Positions 47,601 through 61,545 of a stretch of 64,000 nt of DNA are shown in pieces. The translations under genes were made by a program, and so were the position numbers. The first letter of the stretch is position 1, and every line of letters starts with the position of its first letter. The stretch spans positions 1 through 64,000 of the forward strand of contig NW_024055457.1 in assembly GCF_902713615.1 (NCBI RefSeq), in the 5' to 3' direction. The stretch is from Scyliorhinus canicula (lineage: Eukaryota). The notes under the pieces are model-generated. The model was not told where the DNA came from and ran no database searches. It saw only the letters and a program-made list of their open reading frames with translations.

Positions 47601-48179
47601 TGGATCTAGTGCAGTGATTACTGATACAGAGTCCACACTAACATAAACCGAGACAGGTTCTAGTGCAGAAATTACTGATACAAAGTTTGATTCACCTTAA
47701 ATGATATAGGACGTCGAGCAGTGACCATTGATTCAGAGTCTGGAATAGTCTAAACTGAGGTAGGGTCTATTTCGGCAATTCCTGCTGCAGGGTCTGGATT
47801 AATATATGTCTAAAGAGTTATTAGGTCAGATGATTGAAAGCTTGGTCGACGAAGCAAGTTATATGGGATGATTTTTATTAAGGGAATTGAGGTAAAGAGG
47901 AGTGTGGAATGCATACCAGAGCTCAGGGCCGAGACGCATGAAGACATGGCAAAGTGAAACAATTAATTCCGAAGATAGCATTACGTCTTGATTGATTACA
48001 GTTGCAAACATTTTGAACAATGTTTTTTCCACACCGACACGAACGGTCAATACGTTTTTGCAGTGATTTCAATTGCTCTCCTTAACCAGATGAGAGTTCT
48101 ATGATTGTTCAGATATTTATCCTGTGGGTGCCAATCTGGCGATACTGTGAGACACGGTTCTGTCTAACACTGCCAGTGC

Positions 48180-48960
48180 ATCAGGTTTTGACGATCCACT
48201 CTGCCTATGCTCCTCATAATTTTGTAGACCTCTATCAGGTCGTCGCTCAACCTCCGTCGTTCCAGTCAGAACAAACCAAGTTTATTCAACCTCTTCTCAT
48301 AGCTAATGCCCTCCATACCAGGCAACATTCCGGTAAACCTCTTCTGCACACTCTCAAACGCCTCCACATCCTTCTGGTAGTGTGGCGACCAGAATTGAAC
48401 ACTATACTCCAAGTGTGGCCTAACTAAGGTTCTATACAGCTGCAACATGACTTGCCAATTTTTAAGCACTATTCTCCGACCAATGAAGGCAAGCATGCCG
48501 TATGCCTTCTTGACTGCCTTCTCCACCTGTATTGCCCCTTTCAGTGACCTGTGGACGTGTACACCTAGGTCTCTCTGACTGTCAATACTCTTGAGGGTTC
48601 TGCCATTCACTGTATATTTTCCACCTGTATTAGACCTTTCATAATGCATGACCTCACATTTGTCCGGATTAAACTCCATCTGCCATCTCTCCACCCAAGT
48701 CTCCAAATGATCTAAATCCTGCTATGTCCTCTGACAGTTATCATCGCTATCTGCAATTCCACCAACCTTTGTGTGAGAGAGAGTCATTGGACTCGAAACG
48801 TCAGCACTTTTCTCTCCCTACAGATGCTGCCAGACCTGCTGAGATTTTCCAACATTTTCTCTTTCGCCCTACCAACCTTTGTGTCGTCCGTAAACTTACT
48901 AATCAGATCAGTTACATTTTCCTCAAAATAATTTATATATACTACCAACATCAAAGGTCC
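48180..48960 (-). mobile_element. CR1-type LINE RT fragment interrupted by a Penelope terminal fragment (48775-48865)
   Basis: METWVERWQMEFNPDKCEVMH...[25 protein letters not shown]. Confidence 0.9.
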
Positions 48961-51900
48961 CACCACTGGTCCCTGCGGAACACCACGTGTCACAACAAGC
49001 AAATATATAAAATAATTTATAATATCGAGACAGACAACAGGAACATGGTCCAGTGTAATATTAACAGAGACAGGCCCTGGTGTGATGTAAAGAGACACAT
49101 TCCAGTGGAATATAAAAGAGGCGGAACTTAATGTAATATAATAATATGCATGGTTTAGTGTAATATTAATTGAGTGTGGCACAAACAGAACAGTGTAGTA
49201 TAGACAGGGACAGGATTTACTTTAATATAAATAAAGGCAGAGTCTCATTCAACTTGAGAAGAAACAGATTTGACGTAATACAGTGACATAGAAAATAGAG
49301 CAGGAGTCGACCATTCTGTCCCTGCTCCGCTATTCATTCTGATCATGGTTGGTCATCCACATCAGTAACCTGTTTCCACTTTCCCCCCTGTCATTTGGTC
49401 CCTTTATAGCTTTGATCCCCAAGAGCTTTATCTAACGCCTTCTTGAAAACATAGAATACTTTGGACTCAACTTCGTTCTGTTGTATAGAATTCACAGATT
49501 CACAAATCTCAGGGTGAACACATTGCTCCTCATCTCAGTCCTAAATGGTTAACCCCGTATCCTTAGACTGTGACACCTTGTTCTAGCTTTGCCGGCCATC
49601 GGGACCATCCTCTCTGCATCCGCCCTGTCTAGTCCTGTTGCGATTTGATCGGTTTATAATCAGAGCGGAAAATTAATTCATATCTCATTAATCAGTGTTC
49701 TCTGTTTTCTGACCCTTCTTCCAGTGAATTAAGTTTCTTCCTAACTAATCAAACAAAACCATTCCGATTTTGACAATTTTCACCAGGCCTTCCCATAACC
49801 TGCTGGGTTATAAGGAAAACAATCCCAGCTTCCAACCGCTCTGACCGTGCAGCTGATGCAGTGAGAAGATCAGGTTGTACATATGTTTCTGCCTTGCTTG
49901 CATTTAGATGCTATTTTTGGAATAACTGATATTTTATATGGAGCCAATGGACATCCCATTCACCATTACCATTGTATCCGAATAAGACCAAGACTAATAA
50001 AAGACCAACCTCTGAAAATTAAATTGACCCAAGTAAGACTGGACCCAGAGTTTGAACTTTAGATACACTGAGCAATATATCAGAATGTCAAAATACAAAC
50101 CATGATAGGTTAGCAGTCTTGTCTAGTGGAATCCATATCACCTCCCACAACAGATACCTGAGCCCATGATCCAGACCTGTGATCGAATTCAGGAGGAGTG
50201 TATTATGTTCAGTTGTTCCATCTTTTAGATGTGATGATTTCAGTCTTAGGGGTAGTTTCGCAAGATTATTACAAAACTGGTAACCTGGAGGTCTGAACTA
50301 ATACTCCAGACACAGGAGTGCAAATTCCTCCAGGGCATATTACAGTGCTGTGAACGGTTTGGTCTCCTTATGTAAAGATAGATATTTGGGGGCAGTCCCG
50401 AGAGTGGAGGGATTTTCAAAGGCAGGTAGCATTTCACAGCACCGACAGAGGCTCTTCGGCCCATCGGTCCTCTGTCTGTCAGCAAATAAAGAAGAATCCG
50501 GCCTTGAATCACAGACCTTGCGGTAAACCGCCAAACGCGCTGACCAATTGCACCACAGAGACTGACATGAGAAGAGCTTAAGTAGGTTAGGACTACACGC
50601 ATTGGAGTTTAGAAGAATGAGAGGCGAAGTTACTGAGATTTATAGTTATCTCAGGGCACTTGACAATGTAGATGTTAAAGGTTGTTTCGGCTTGTGGGAG
50701 GGTCTAGGACCATAGGGCACAATCTAAGTGTAAGGTGCCACTCATTTCAGACGAGGATGAGGAGGAATTTCTTCTCTCAGAGGGTAGTGATTCTCTAGAA
50801 TTCTTTGCCATAGAGAGTTGGCCTGGTCAATCAATGTGTTCAAGGCTGAGACAGACAGATTCTTCATCAGTAAGGGAATCAAGGGTTATGGGGATGACGT
50901 GGAAATGTGGAGTTGAGGATTTTTACCAGATTTGCCACGAACTCATTGAATGGCAGATCAGATTCCATGGGCCGAATGGCCAATTTCTGCTTCTAGATCT
51001 TATGGTTTTATGGCAGCTGTAGATACTTTCAATTGAATGACTTAATCAAGCAGAAAAAAATCGACGTGTCATTTATAATACTTATGAAGCTATCGAACTT
51101 TCGCAACGCCCAGCAGGTTCAGCAAGGTCCTTCAGGAGAAGAAAGCTTCCTTACTTACTCTGTCTGGTCCATATGTGACTCTACTTCAACAATGATGTGG
51201 TTGACTGTTAACTATCTCTGATATTGCCGAGCAAGCAAGTCAGTTCAACGGAACATGCTACAGAAAGTCAAATGTGAATAAAATCGCTCGAAATACACCT
51301 TATTAAAAAGGTGGTTCACATCCCGCTTCTCAGGATGGACAGTTAATGCTGACTTTGTCACTCATGGCTATATAGCGAGAATGAACCCAAAACTCTGCAA
51401 AGTGCTGCAGATTCTGGAAATCTAAAACAAAAGCAACAAAAAAGGCTGCTCAGCAGGTCAGTGAGCATCAGCAGAGAGAGGAACAGATTCACATTTCAGG
51501 TGGATTACCTCACTGATATAATTCTAAAGAGCAGAGCTGCTTTTCCCAGTATCTTGGACCAATGTCGGTTCTTCATCTAAAGTCACAAATTAGCTGGTCA
51601 CTTATCACATCTCCATTTGTTGGAGCTTGCTGTACACAAATTCACTGCTCTGTTTCCAACATTAGAGCAGTGACTAAATTCAGCAAAAATATATCAGTGA
51701 GTTTTAAGGGCGTTGGTATGATCTGAGGTCGGGTAAAGCGTTTTACAAAAGCAAGCTTAACATTTTTAAATGCAGGTTGTAATATGTCGCAAGATCTGAG
51801 ATTGATGTGACTACAGATCAATCCTCTGCCTGATGTTTCAATTTATTTACTTTAAATCGGCTAATGTTTCAATCAAACTAACATTCAGTGGAAAAGTAGC

Positions 51901-52499
51901 TGGTTAAAGATGCTTTATTAATTGAGGTATCAGAACTTTCAGAATTAATACTTTATTTAAAGTATGTTTTATTTCAATTAAGTAACATCTGTTCTAATGG
52001 AAGTTTCTATTCATTTAACCAACTGTCAATATTCTTAAAATAAACCGCTATTTTGAGTTGAAACTAATCAATAAGTGACTGTGTTTATCTCGTTTTGCTG
52101 ACATGAACATCTCATTGTGACCAGTGAGGTTTTTATGTAAATAAACTCAGAAATAGAAGTTCCAGATTAGATTGCGGACTGAGAAAAGCAAAACAAATGT
52201 TTCCCCACCAACACAGCACAGAAATAGAGACAAAATTGCAAATAGATCAACGGATTCCAGTAGCGTTTGTTTTTTGACATTTTTTTATTCATCGGTTATA
52301 TGAGAAAAATGTCATTATGCTACCCATGTTCATAATTAGGAATGATTCCCTCCAATCTCTAAATATAAGGACATGTCAAGTGGGTTAGTAGAATTTTCCT
52401 GTATCCTATCTCTCTCTGTGTCTTTCTCATAACTGGTTTATCTCATGTCTCTCCACGAAGGGTCATTGTCTTTAATCGACATGTGGCCAACACTAATAA

Positions 52500-52635
52500 C
52501 AATTTTACTGTGAAAAGCTCCGAGTCGCCACATTCCGGCGCCTCGTTTAGGTAAGCTGGAACGGGAATATGAACCTGCGCTGCTGGTCTTGTTCTGCATC
52601 ACTAACCAGCTGTCTAGCCCACTGAGCTAAACCAG
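52500..52635 (-). mobile_element. Short SINE (second family)
   Basis: Reverse complement of 14692-14870. Confidence 0.7.
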
Positions 52636-54504
52636 GCCTCTCAGCCCGAACTGGCTTCCAACTAAATGGATCGAATCCGATTTACGCTAAAATGAGGTTG
52701 AAGCATTCAATGACCTTGGAGTGTTTAATGAGAACTGTAGAGACAATTTTCCTCTATATCTGATTTGGAATGCACATGGTGGTTGAGGATTTGATGTGGC
52801 ATGGCCGAAGAATCTTTCCTTGCACTTAATCAAGCTGCCAGGATATTGGAGCATTTGACTGAACAGTGTAGAGCAAGCTTTACTTGCATGTAACCTGCAC
52901 TGAACCTGCCCTGTGAGTTTTTGACATGACTGTGCACAGGGAGATTTACTCAGTGTCTGAACTGTGCTGCACCTGACCTGGGTGAGTTTGATAGGAAAAT
53001 GCAGAGGTTTCTTTACCCAGTAACTAACCCCACTGTCAACCTGTCTTGGGGATCTCTGAAGGAAGAGGGCAGAGAGGTTTTGCGTGGTGTCGAACTCTTG
53101 GCTTCCAGGCAGTTAATGTGTTTGAGCGAGTTATGTAGAGGGAATTTAATTATATATCTAAACAGTCTGCAGCTGCTCTGAGAATGTTTGATGGGGACAG
53201 TGTGAGGGAGTTTCTCTTTGTCTCCAACCTGTGATGCACCTGTCCTGCGAGTGTTTGAAGGGACAGTCGTCGCTGGCTCTGTATTGAACCAGGCTGTGAG
53301 TCCGTCTCTGTTTATATTATACTACCTTGTACATGTGTCAGTTTATATTAAATAAGGACCTATTTCTCTTTGTTCATATTAAACTAGGCCACCAATTAGA
53401 GGACATGTCTTGATCAATAAGGCGTTCAGGAGTTATTGGGAGAAGGCAGGAGAATGGGGATTAGGAACATATTGGCCATGGTTTAATGGCGGAGCAGTCT
53501 CGATGGGTCGAATGGCCTAATTCTGCTCCTATATGTTATGGATTTATGGATCCAGTTTGTCTCTCTTTACATTAATCTAGAACCTGACTCTGTTTCTATT
53601 AATTTAAACCTGTCTCTGTATTACATTAGGTACAGCCTCAGTTCTGCCCTGGACCATATCTCTGTTCATATTACATTGACCCGGCCTCAGTAATTGCTGT
53701 GGAAGACCACGCACAATAATTTGGAAAGTAGCTGAGCTGGAAATGGTGAAGATTTTAAAAAAACTGAGGGAAAAGTGATAGTCTAAAACTCTTCAGCAAG
53801 CAATGCTGATCTATGTCCAGATAAACGTCATAGTCTGTCTTGTCAGCACGCTAGATGCATCTACACACAAGCGCAGACCTCCCTGATCTTCTTGCAGCCA
53901 CTTCAACTTGTACAACTGAACTTCTATTGCCTGAGCCTAGTGCAATAAACTAAGGGAATGGAATAGTTGGAATTGTGTAACATAAACAAAGGACCATTAG
54001 ATAAATAACTGAGACAGAAGCTAATGTTACAGCAACATTCATTCTCTTCACAGCAGGCACACAGTAGCTGCATTGTGTAACATCGACGGGATGCACTGCA
54101 GCAAATCGCCAAGATTTCTTCAACAGCACCTTCAATACCCGAGAACTCCGAGAATCACAAGGGCAGCAAGCACATGGGAACACAATACTCTGCATCCTCC
54201 TCACATACAGCTCTCTGGGTAGGAATTGGTCTTGGGCACCGGCAAAGAAGAAATGATATCTGAACTCTAATTCTGCTGACGGCACTGAAAATGAATATCA
54301 AATGCTGCAGAGCATACACTGTACACACTGGACATCCGTTGCAGGTTGTTGCCATATACTGATTTATTGTCCAAAATATGTATCATATTATCTTTCCATC
54401 TCAAAGACATGTGGAATAATGCGCCCACAGTTAAAAGCAGAGGTATCATCCAGTGGATTAATAAAAGTGAGCAGGTCTCGGAAAAAGTAGGCAGATTCAG
54501 GATC

Positions 54505-54810
54505 AAATATAGAATCCCTACAAGGCAGAAGGCCGCTCGGCCCATAGGATCTGCACCAACCTCTGAAATATAACCCTCCTCAATCCCCCGCCCTTGCACC
54601 ATGACCTATGCATCCTTGGACACTGAGGTGCAATTTCGAATGGCCAATCCACCTAACCTGCACATATTTGGACTATGGGAGGAAACCGGAGCACACGGAG
54701 GAAAGCCACGAAGACACAGGGGAAAAGTAAAAACTCCACACAGATAGTCAGGAATTGAACCCCGGCGCTATGAGGCAGCAGTGGTACCCACTATGCCACC
54801 ATGCCGCCGA
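54505..54810 (-). mobile_element. HE1-like SINE
   Basis: Reverse complement of the family. Confidence 0.75.
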
Positions 54811-55339
54811 TGGCATAAGCAGAGATTGGGTCTAGTGCAATATAATCTGAGTTCTGGTTGAGGTGAGTGTGGTCTGATACAAATCGAGACATGATCAATG
54901 CAGCAATAAGAGGGATATCGTAAAATACAAGAGTAACAGAGGCAGGGTCCAGTATTATATAAACAGGGGTATGGACATGTGCAGCATTAACTAAAGCAGG
55001 ATTGAGTTTATTGGAATTTAACTATCTAGTCGAGTAATAACTGAGACCGAACAACTTGTGATGCAAACAGAATGTTGTTCCAGTTACGATGCAGAGATAA
55101 ACGTTCTGATACTGTAACCATTGTGACGTGTTTCTTGTCAGACTAACCGAGGCATGGGTCAGTGCGTCATAATTAAGGATTTGTAACATAAACTGGGTGT
55201 GAGCCCCGGATATTAACAACTGATATTCAGCCGAGTGCAGGAAAACTGAGACAGGACCTGCTGCAATGTGCTCGAGACATGGCCGAGTGTAATGTAAACA
55301 GAGGCGGGGGCTAGGTGAATGTAAGCAGAGAAATGATAT

Positions 55340-56760
55340 GTTTGAAATGATTTAATGGGATCTTGGAGTCGCCAGTAACGTCAACATTTGCTGTCAATTC
55401 CTCATTTCCCTTGAGAATGTGGTGCTGAGCCCGCTTTATGAACCATTGCACTCCATACTGAGTACGTACACCCTTAGAGGTGACAGGAAGGGAGTTCCAG
55501 GATTTTGACCAGTGACAATGAAGGAACAGAGACATAGTTCACATCAAGGTGGTGTGAGGCCTGGTGGGTAACTTGCAGGTCCTGCTGTTACAATGCATCT
55601 GCCGGGCCTGGTCCTTTTAGGCAGCTGAGTTCCTGTGTTAGAAGGCGTTATAGAGGGAGGCAGTTGCTGCATTAGATCCTTGTGCGTCGTTCAAGCTACT
55701 AGAATTGTGCACCCGTGATGCAGGGAGTGAATGTTTAAATTGGTGGATGGGGTGTTCGTCCAGCCGGCTGCTTTGCCCTTGGTGGCGTCGAGATCTCACG
55801 TGTTGCTTAAGGGGCACACGTGAGACCAATGGAGATATTCAGTCAAACACCTGACTTCTGCCGTATAGATTCTGGATAGGGGTTGGGAAGTCACGAGGTG
55901 AGTTACACACCGCAGAATTTCCAGCCACTGACATGCTCTTGTAGCCACATTTTTTAAGTGTTCAGTTTTTGAGCAATGATAATCCCTAGGATATTGGTCG
56001 TGGGGGATTCAATCACGGTGGTATAATTTTAAATCGAGGAGAGACGGTTAGAATCTCCCTTTTTGGGATGGTCAATGCCTGACACTTGCCAGCCCAAGCC
56101 GGAATGCTGTCCAAGTCTTGCTGCATATGAAGACAGACTACTTCAGTATTTGAGGAGTCGAATATGGTGCAGAACATTGGGTAATAATCAGCGATCATCC
56201 CCAGTTCTGGCCTTATGATGAAGGGTGAAGCTTGGACCGGGGACACTATCCACGGACACTATATGTTACTGGATGATCCTTGACACTTTTTATAAAGTGG
56301 CTGATGATCAAATGCGGAGTGATAGGGAAATAATTGGCTGGGTTGGATTTATCCCGCGTTTCATGAACGGGTCATGTTTAGCAATGTTGCACATTGTTGG
56401 GTACAAGCCAGTGCTGTATCTGCACTGGAGGAAGTTTCTTGGGGCGCAGCCAGTTCTGGAGCACAAACCTTCAGTATTGTTGCTATAATGTTGCCAGGTC
56501 TAATAACGTTTGCAGCGCTGTCAGCCATTTCTTGATATGGTGTGGAGGGATCTAACTTCCTGAAGACTGACATCCACGATGATGCAGACCACTGGAGGAG
56601 GCCGAGATGGACCATCCTCTCGGCACCTCTGGCAGAAACTTTCAGTCTTGTTTTTTGCACTGATGTGCTTGGATCCCCCATCATTGAAGAGGGGAATTTT
56701 GTTGAGGCTCCTGCTCCGGCTAGTTCATTACTATTCAGGACTGGATGTGGGTGAACTGCA
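55340..56760 (-). mobile_element. Decayed non-CR1 LINE ORF2 remnants
   Basis: FRKLDPS...GNIIATILKVCAPELAAP motif preceding the RT domain; many stops. Confidence 0.6.
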
Positions 56761-57688
56761 AAGGTAGATCCTATCCATTAAAAATAGGATCACAGTGATT
56801 GTGTGATATAAACATTGACATGTACCGGTGCAGTATTAATTGAAACAGAGTGCCGTGTCATGTAAACAGAGACTGAGTCTAGTCTAAAAAAAACCAGATA
56901 GAGCCCAATTTAAAATTAAAAGAGACAGGGATTAGTGCAGTAATTATTGTGGCAATGTCTGCTTCATGTAATGTAAAGCATCTCGATTTAAATTCCATCT
57001 GCTGGCCAAACTTTGCAATTGCAGTTACTGTGAAAATGTTGCTGTCAGGTGTGATCCATGATGTTGATGGGTCAATAATTCATTTCCACAAATGTAATAT
57101 CACATCGCGTTCTGCGGAGCTGCTAAAATCTCAGGTTTAACTTATTGCAGGTGTTGGTGGCTGATTCTTGCGCAGTGAGGTCAGTGCCAGAGCAAAGCGG
57201 CTGAATCCCTGGTCGCGCGTTTTTGTTCATGTTTGTTAAATGGAGGAGTGTGGGCCCTGTATGGAGTCCAAAGGAAATGTAACATTCAACTTAACGTACA
57301 TGATGTTGGGGCGAATTTGTTGGTCCATTATACCAGCTGAAAGACGTTGGGGTCATTGTCTCCAAAGCCTCCAAGGAAGTTAAGATGGGATCTTAAGTTG
57401 AATGGGAAATTGTGGGTGTGCGTGTAAGACAGAGAGAATGCGTGTGTGAGAGACTATATATCTGTGTTTCGTGTGTGTGTGCGAAAGCACCCATGCTGTG
57501 TACAACTGAATGTCACTCAGGTCACAGGCATCCTTCAATTTCCAATAGATAACCAAGAAATATCCACTGATTTCGAGACAAGTGTTGCACATGAAGCTCC
57601 CAATTGTCGTTCTGGGTTTTCATATTCTCGGTTTGTGTCAATGTCAAAGCTGCTAAATCCACTGGTCCTGGTGGCTCACACCAGCCCA

Positions 57689-57843
57689 CCGGAAGTGCCG
57701 CCATGTTTTCCGTTTGCTGCTGGTGACACCCAATTGCGATGCTCAATATCTCGGTTTAGGGACATTATGTCAAACTTAGAAGAAACCTTGAAGTGGAATA
57801 TTTGGCTCCCCACTGGATGCGTGGCTCCAGCTGCTTCGCGAAG
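57689..57843. promoter_or_regulatory. Housekeeping-type promoter motif cluster (ETS/GABP CCGGAAGTG, YY1 AACATGGCGGC, palindrome CTTCGCGAAG)
   Basis: Overlapping ETS (57689-57697) and YY1 (57697-57707) motifs and a 10-bp palindrome at 57834-57843; no expression evidence. Confidence 0.45.
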
Positions 57844-58084
57844 TGGAAATTCATGTGACCATCTTCCATTTGGAGACCACAGTAGAACCGTGCAAACCAC
57901 CTTTTTTGATTGTTTTGAAGGGACTTGGAAGCTCTGTCTTTGAGAGCAATGCTGCATTTCTGATTTTGTCCTGCCAGTAAATATCCATAATGCACTGCGG
58001 ACGACAAAGATGAAATTTTTTGAGCTATTTTTCTTGACAGCTGCAAGTGTTCCTTGTTTCACAGACATACGACAAGGTTCATAG

Positions 58085-58410
58085 AATCATAGAATTTACA
58101 GTGCAGAAGGAGGCTATTCGGCCCATCAAGTCCCTTGGAGACAGCATCCTACCTAACCCGTACTTCCACCCTATCCCCACATCTCCACCCTATCTCTGTA
58201 ATACCATCTGACCTTTTATGGATGCTTATAGTAATTTAGCATAGCCAATCCAACTATCCTGGACATCTTAGGACTGTGGGAGGGAACCGGAGCGCCCGGA
58301 GGAACCCACGCAGACACGGAGAGAATTTGCAGACTCTGCACAGTGACCCAAGGCAGAAATTGAACCGGTGAGCCTGAAGCTATGGAGCAACTGTGCTTGC
58401 CACTGTTCTA
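58085..58410 (-). mobile_element. HE1-like SINE
   Basis: Reverse complement of the family with a CR1-like tail. Confidence 0.75.
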
Positions 58411-59479
58411 ACTTGCTGGCCTAAGGTTCTGAGAGTTTAGGCCTTATAAACCATTAGCTCATTCCAAAGCTTGATGTTATTCCATGGACATTTTAATGAG
58501 TCAAACAAAGGTAGTACCTGCTTTCCCCATGTCAGCATCATGTTCTACATCAAGGCTGAAAGTGCAACACCTTGTCCATGATCACTGTTTTCCTCATGCT
58601 TATGGCAAGGAAGAACAAGTTACAGGCATTGGGGACAGAGTCCATGAGTCTCTCTGGATGAGGTTTTGTTTGGATGATAGAATTTTCAGCCTAGAGGAAT
58701 TCTCTGATGCGGATGCATTGTGATTTTGTATCAGTTTTGATGACTGAAAGGTTGTAGGGGTTGCAGCCTGACCGAGTGTGCTAGTGGATTTCATCCATAT
58801 CTTCAGGGAAGGCAAAGATCAGCAGCTTGAAGAGAAAGCTCCCGAATAGAGTTGGGTAAATCACACGGTCCTCTTTCACTCAAGTATTCACTTAGAATCT
58901 GTCGGAAGTGGAATCGTCAATCTGTACAATGCAGTGCATTTTGCCATGGAAGAAGTGAATGAGACAGGGGAGCTTTAGCAGACAGCCAATTATCCCCAAA
59001 ACCTATAGTCTCTGCTCTGCTGACGGTGTCGAATGTTTATTGATGTTGATGAAAGCAAGGTGAAGAGGTAGACTTGTGGTATAGGGAACAGATCACGCCC
59101 AGAGTAAATATTGCAACACAAACACCACACCTTGCTTCCAGCTACATTCGGCCTGCAAGTAGATGATGTATTTAAAGTGTGAAGCTAGCAAAGGCCTTCC
59201 CAGTGCTGCTATGAGTGAGATATGTCAATAGTTGCTGCAGTTTCCTCTGTCCACTTTGTTTTCAGATATTGGTTATGATTTTGCATCATGAATCTCTTGT
59301 GGGATGGTTTATATCTTCCATCAGAGAAGGAGAAGGCCACAAATGTTCAGAAACACAGTAATTATATTCATCAATCTTCATTCAATTATGAATATAAATA
59401 ATTGAATTCACCAATTACCGTCGTTTCACAAAAATTAATACAGTTGTAAATTAAGTTATATGGTGCGGGTGTGGCTAGT

Positions 59480-60330
59480 TGGGCCATGATTTATTGACCA
59501 TCGCTAATTGTCTTTCACAAAGTGGTGATGTGCTACCTATTTGAACCTCCGCAGTCACTCTGGTGTCGGTACACCGACGGTGCTGTTCGGGAGGGAGTTA
59601 TAGTCGTTCGAACCAGCGACACCGAAGATGCTGCGATACATTTCCAAGTCAGGATAGTGTGTGATTTGGAGGGGAATTTCCAGGTGGCGATCTTTCCATG
59701 TGTCAGCTGCCTTTTCCTTCTAGAAGGCAATGGGCCTGGATTTAGAAGGTGTTTCAAAGGAGACTTGATGGGTTTCTGTGGTGCATCTTGCGGATGGTAA
59801 ATTATTGTCATTGTTCAACGGTGGTGGATGGAACCTTGCCTCCCACATCTCCTCTAAACTTTGCCGCACGGACCTTAATCCTATGCTACCTGGTGACTGA
59901 CCTCGCCACCCTGGGAATGAGTTCCTGCCATCCATTCTAGCCATGTCCATCATAAGAGTGTTTGCACATAGGGTGACAATCAAGCGGGCTGCTTTGACCT
60001 GGATGGTGTCAAGCTTCTTCAATGTTGTTGGAGCTGCACCCAGCCAGGCAACTGGAGAGTATTCAATTACACTCCTGACTTATGCCTTATAGATGGTGAA
60101 CAGGCTTTGGGAGTCATGAGTGAGTTACTCGCCACAGATTCCCTAGACCCTGACCAGATCATGTCACCTCAGCATTTATATGGTCAATCCAGGACAGTTT
60201 CTGGTCAATGTTAACCCAGGGTATTGATAATTGGGGATTCAGCGATGACAATATCATTGAATGTCAAGGAGAGATTGTTAGATTCTATTTTGGTGGAGAT
60301 GGTCATTCTTTAGCACTTCCGTGGCGAATG
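59480..60330 (-). mobile_element. Decayed LINE 3' region
   Basis: KKLDTIQVKAARLI motif; homologous to 33000-33480. Confidence 0.6.
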
Positions 60331-61209
60331 TTACCAATTATCACAACTCACAAAGTTAAATACTTATATTAATCAATTATGATCAACTCACAACATAAAT
60401 AGTTACATTCACCTATTATTTTCCGCATTTGGTTTTACAAAATGTAAATGCAATTCATTTAAGGGAGGTGGATTTGAGACCAGGAAGAGATCAGCCATGA
60501 TGATTGAACGGCGGAGCAGGCTCCAATGTCTGAAACTCCGACTTCTGCTCCTAATTCCTATGTTTAACATAATTTATTGAGATTAAACTTCATTGAGATA
60601 GCATTGACCATTCTGTCACCAACAAGTAACATCTGCGTCAGAATTCAATGTGAAATTGAATTAAACCACACCGAGGATAATGTGCAGCCTCCCAGCAGCC
60701 TCTGCGCTGTATTGGTCAGTAATCACCTCATCGTCACACAGAATCGCCAGACTGGAGGGTGAGATGATTTTTAAAGTGTCGGTAGAAATGAAAATACCTG
60801 TACCTGATGTGACGTTAATGAATCTTTAAATTCATTATTTGTTATTACATTGTTTTGGAAAGCAATTCAACGTCCGCATCTGTCCACTGAGTTTCACAGG
60901 ATTTCTGTTTTCAGTCTGGTGTCTTCATGAAGTTGTGTCGGGACATCTGGAGTGACTTTTGTACATGAAATGACCACATGCACACAATATTACAACCGTC
61001 CCTCCTCAATGTAATCATGTTCCCGCTTTCTGTCTTTGAAATGAAGATTCGTCATCAGCAGAGAAGAATCGCTAGAACCGCAGGAATATCTCTACTTTCC
61101 TCTTAGTGAAGTCCAGCTCGTCAGTTCCCGATAGTCTGGGGATGGAATTCACCCAGAAAAGTTTCAGCCACCGAATGTATTAGTCTGGCACTAATTATCA
61201 TATTCACAG

Positions 61210-61545
61210 AGTATCATAGAATTTACAGTGCAGAAGGAGGCCATTCGGCCCATCGAGTCTGCACCGGCTCTTGGAAAGAGCACCTTACCCAAAGTCAACA
61301 CCTCCACCTTATCCCCATAACCCAGTAACCCCACCCAACACTAAGGGCAATTTTGGACACTAACAGCAATTTATCATGGCCAATCCACCTAACCTGCACA
61401 TCTTTGGACTGTGGGAGGAAACCGGAGCACCCGGAGGAAACCCACACACACACGGGGAGGATGTGCAGACTCCGCACAGACAGTGACCCAAGCCGGAATC
61501 GAACCTGGGACCCTGGAGCTGTGAAGCAATTGTGCTATCCACAAA
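61210..61545 (-). mobile_element. Young full-length HE1-like SINE
   Basis: Well-preserved reverse complement including an ATCATAGAAT tail. Confidence 0.88.

Larger units (their letters stand above)
40730..52800. repeat. Tandem segmental duplication of ~6 kb (copy 1 ~40730-46770; copy 2 ~46770-52800)
   Basis: Collinear blocks include 42560-42860 with 47930-48180, 43380-44350 with 48990-49980, and 44590-46750 with 49990-52800. Each copy has its own later TE insertions. Confidence 0.9.

Noticed and set aside
60990-61140. Protein-like minus-strand stretch (DELDFTKRKVEIFLRF)
   Set aside because: It contains an in-frame stop, has no clear splice sites, and shows no recognisable homology.
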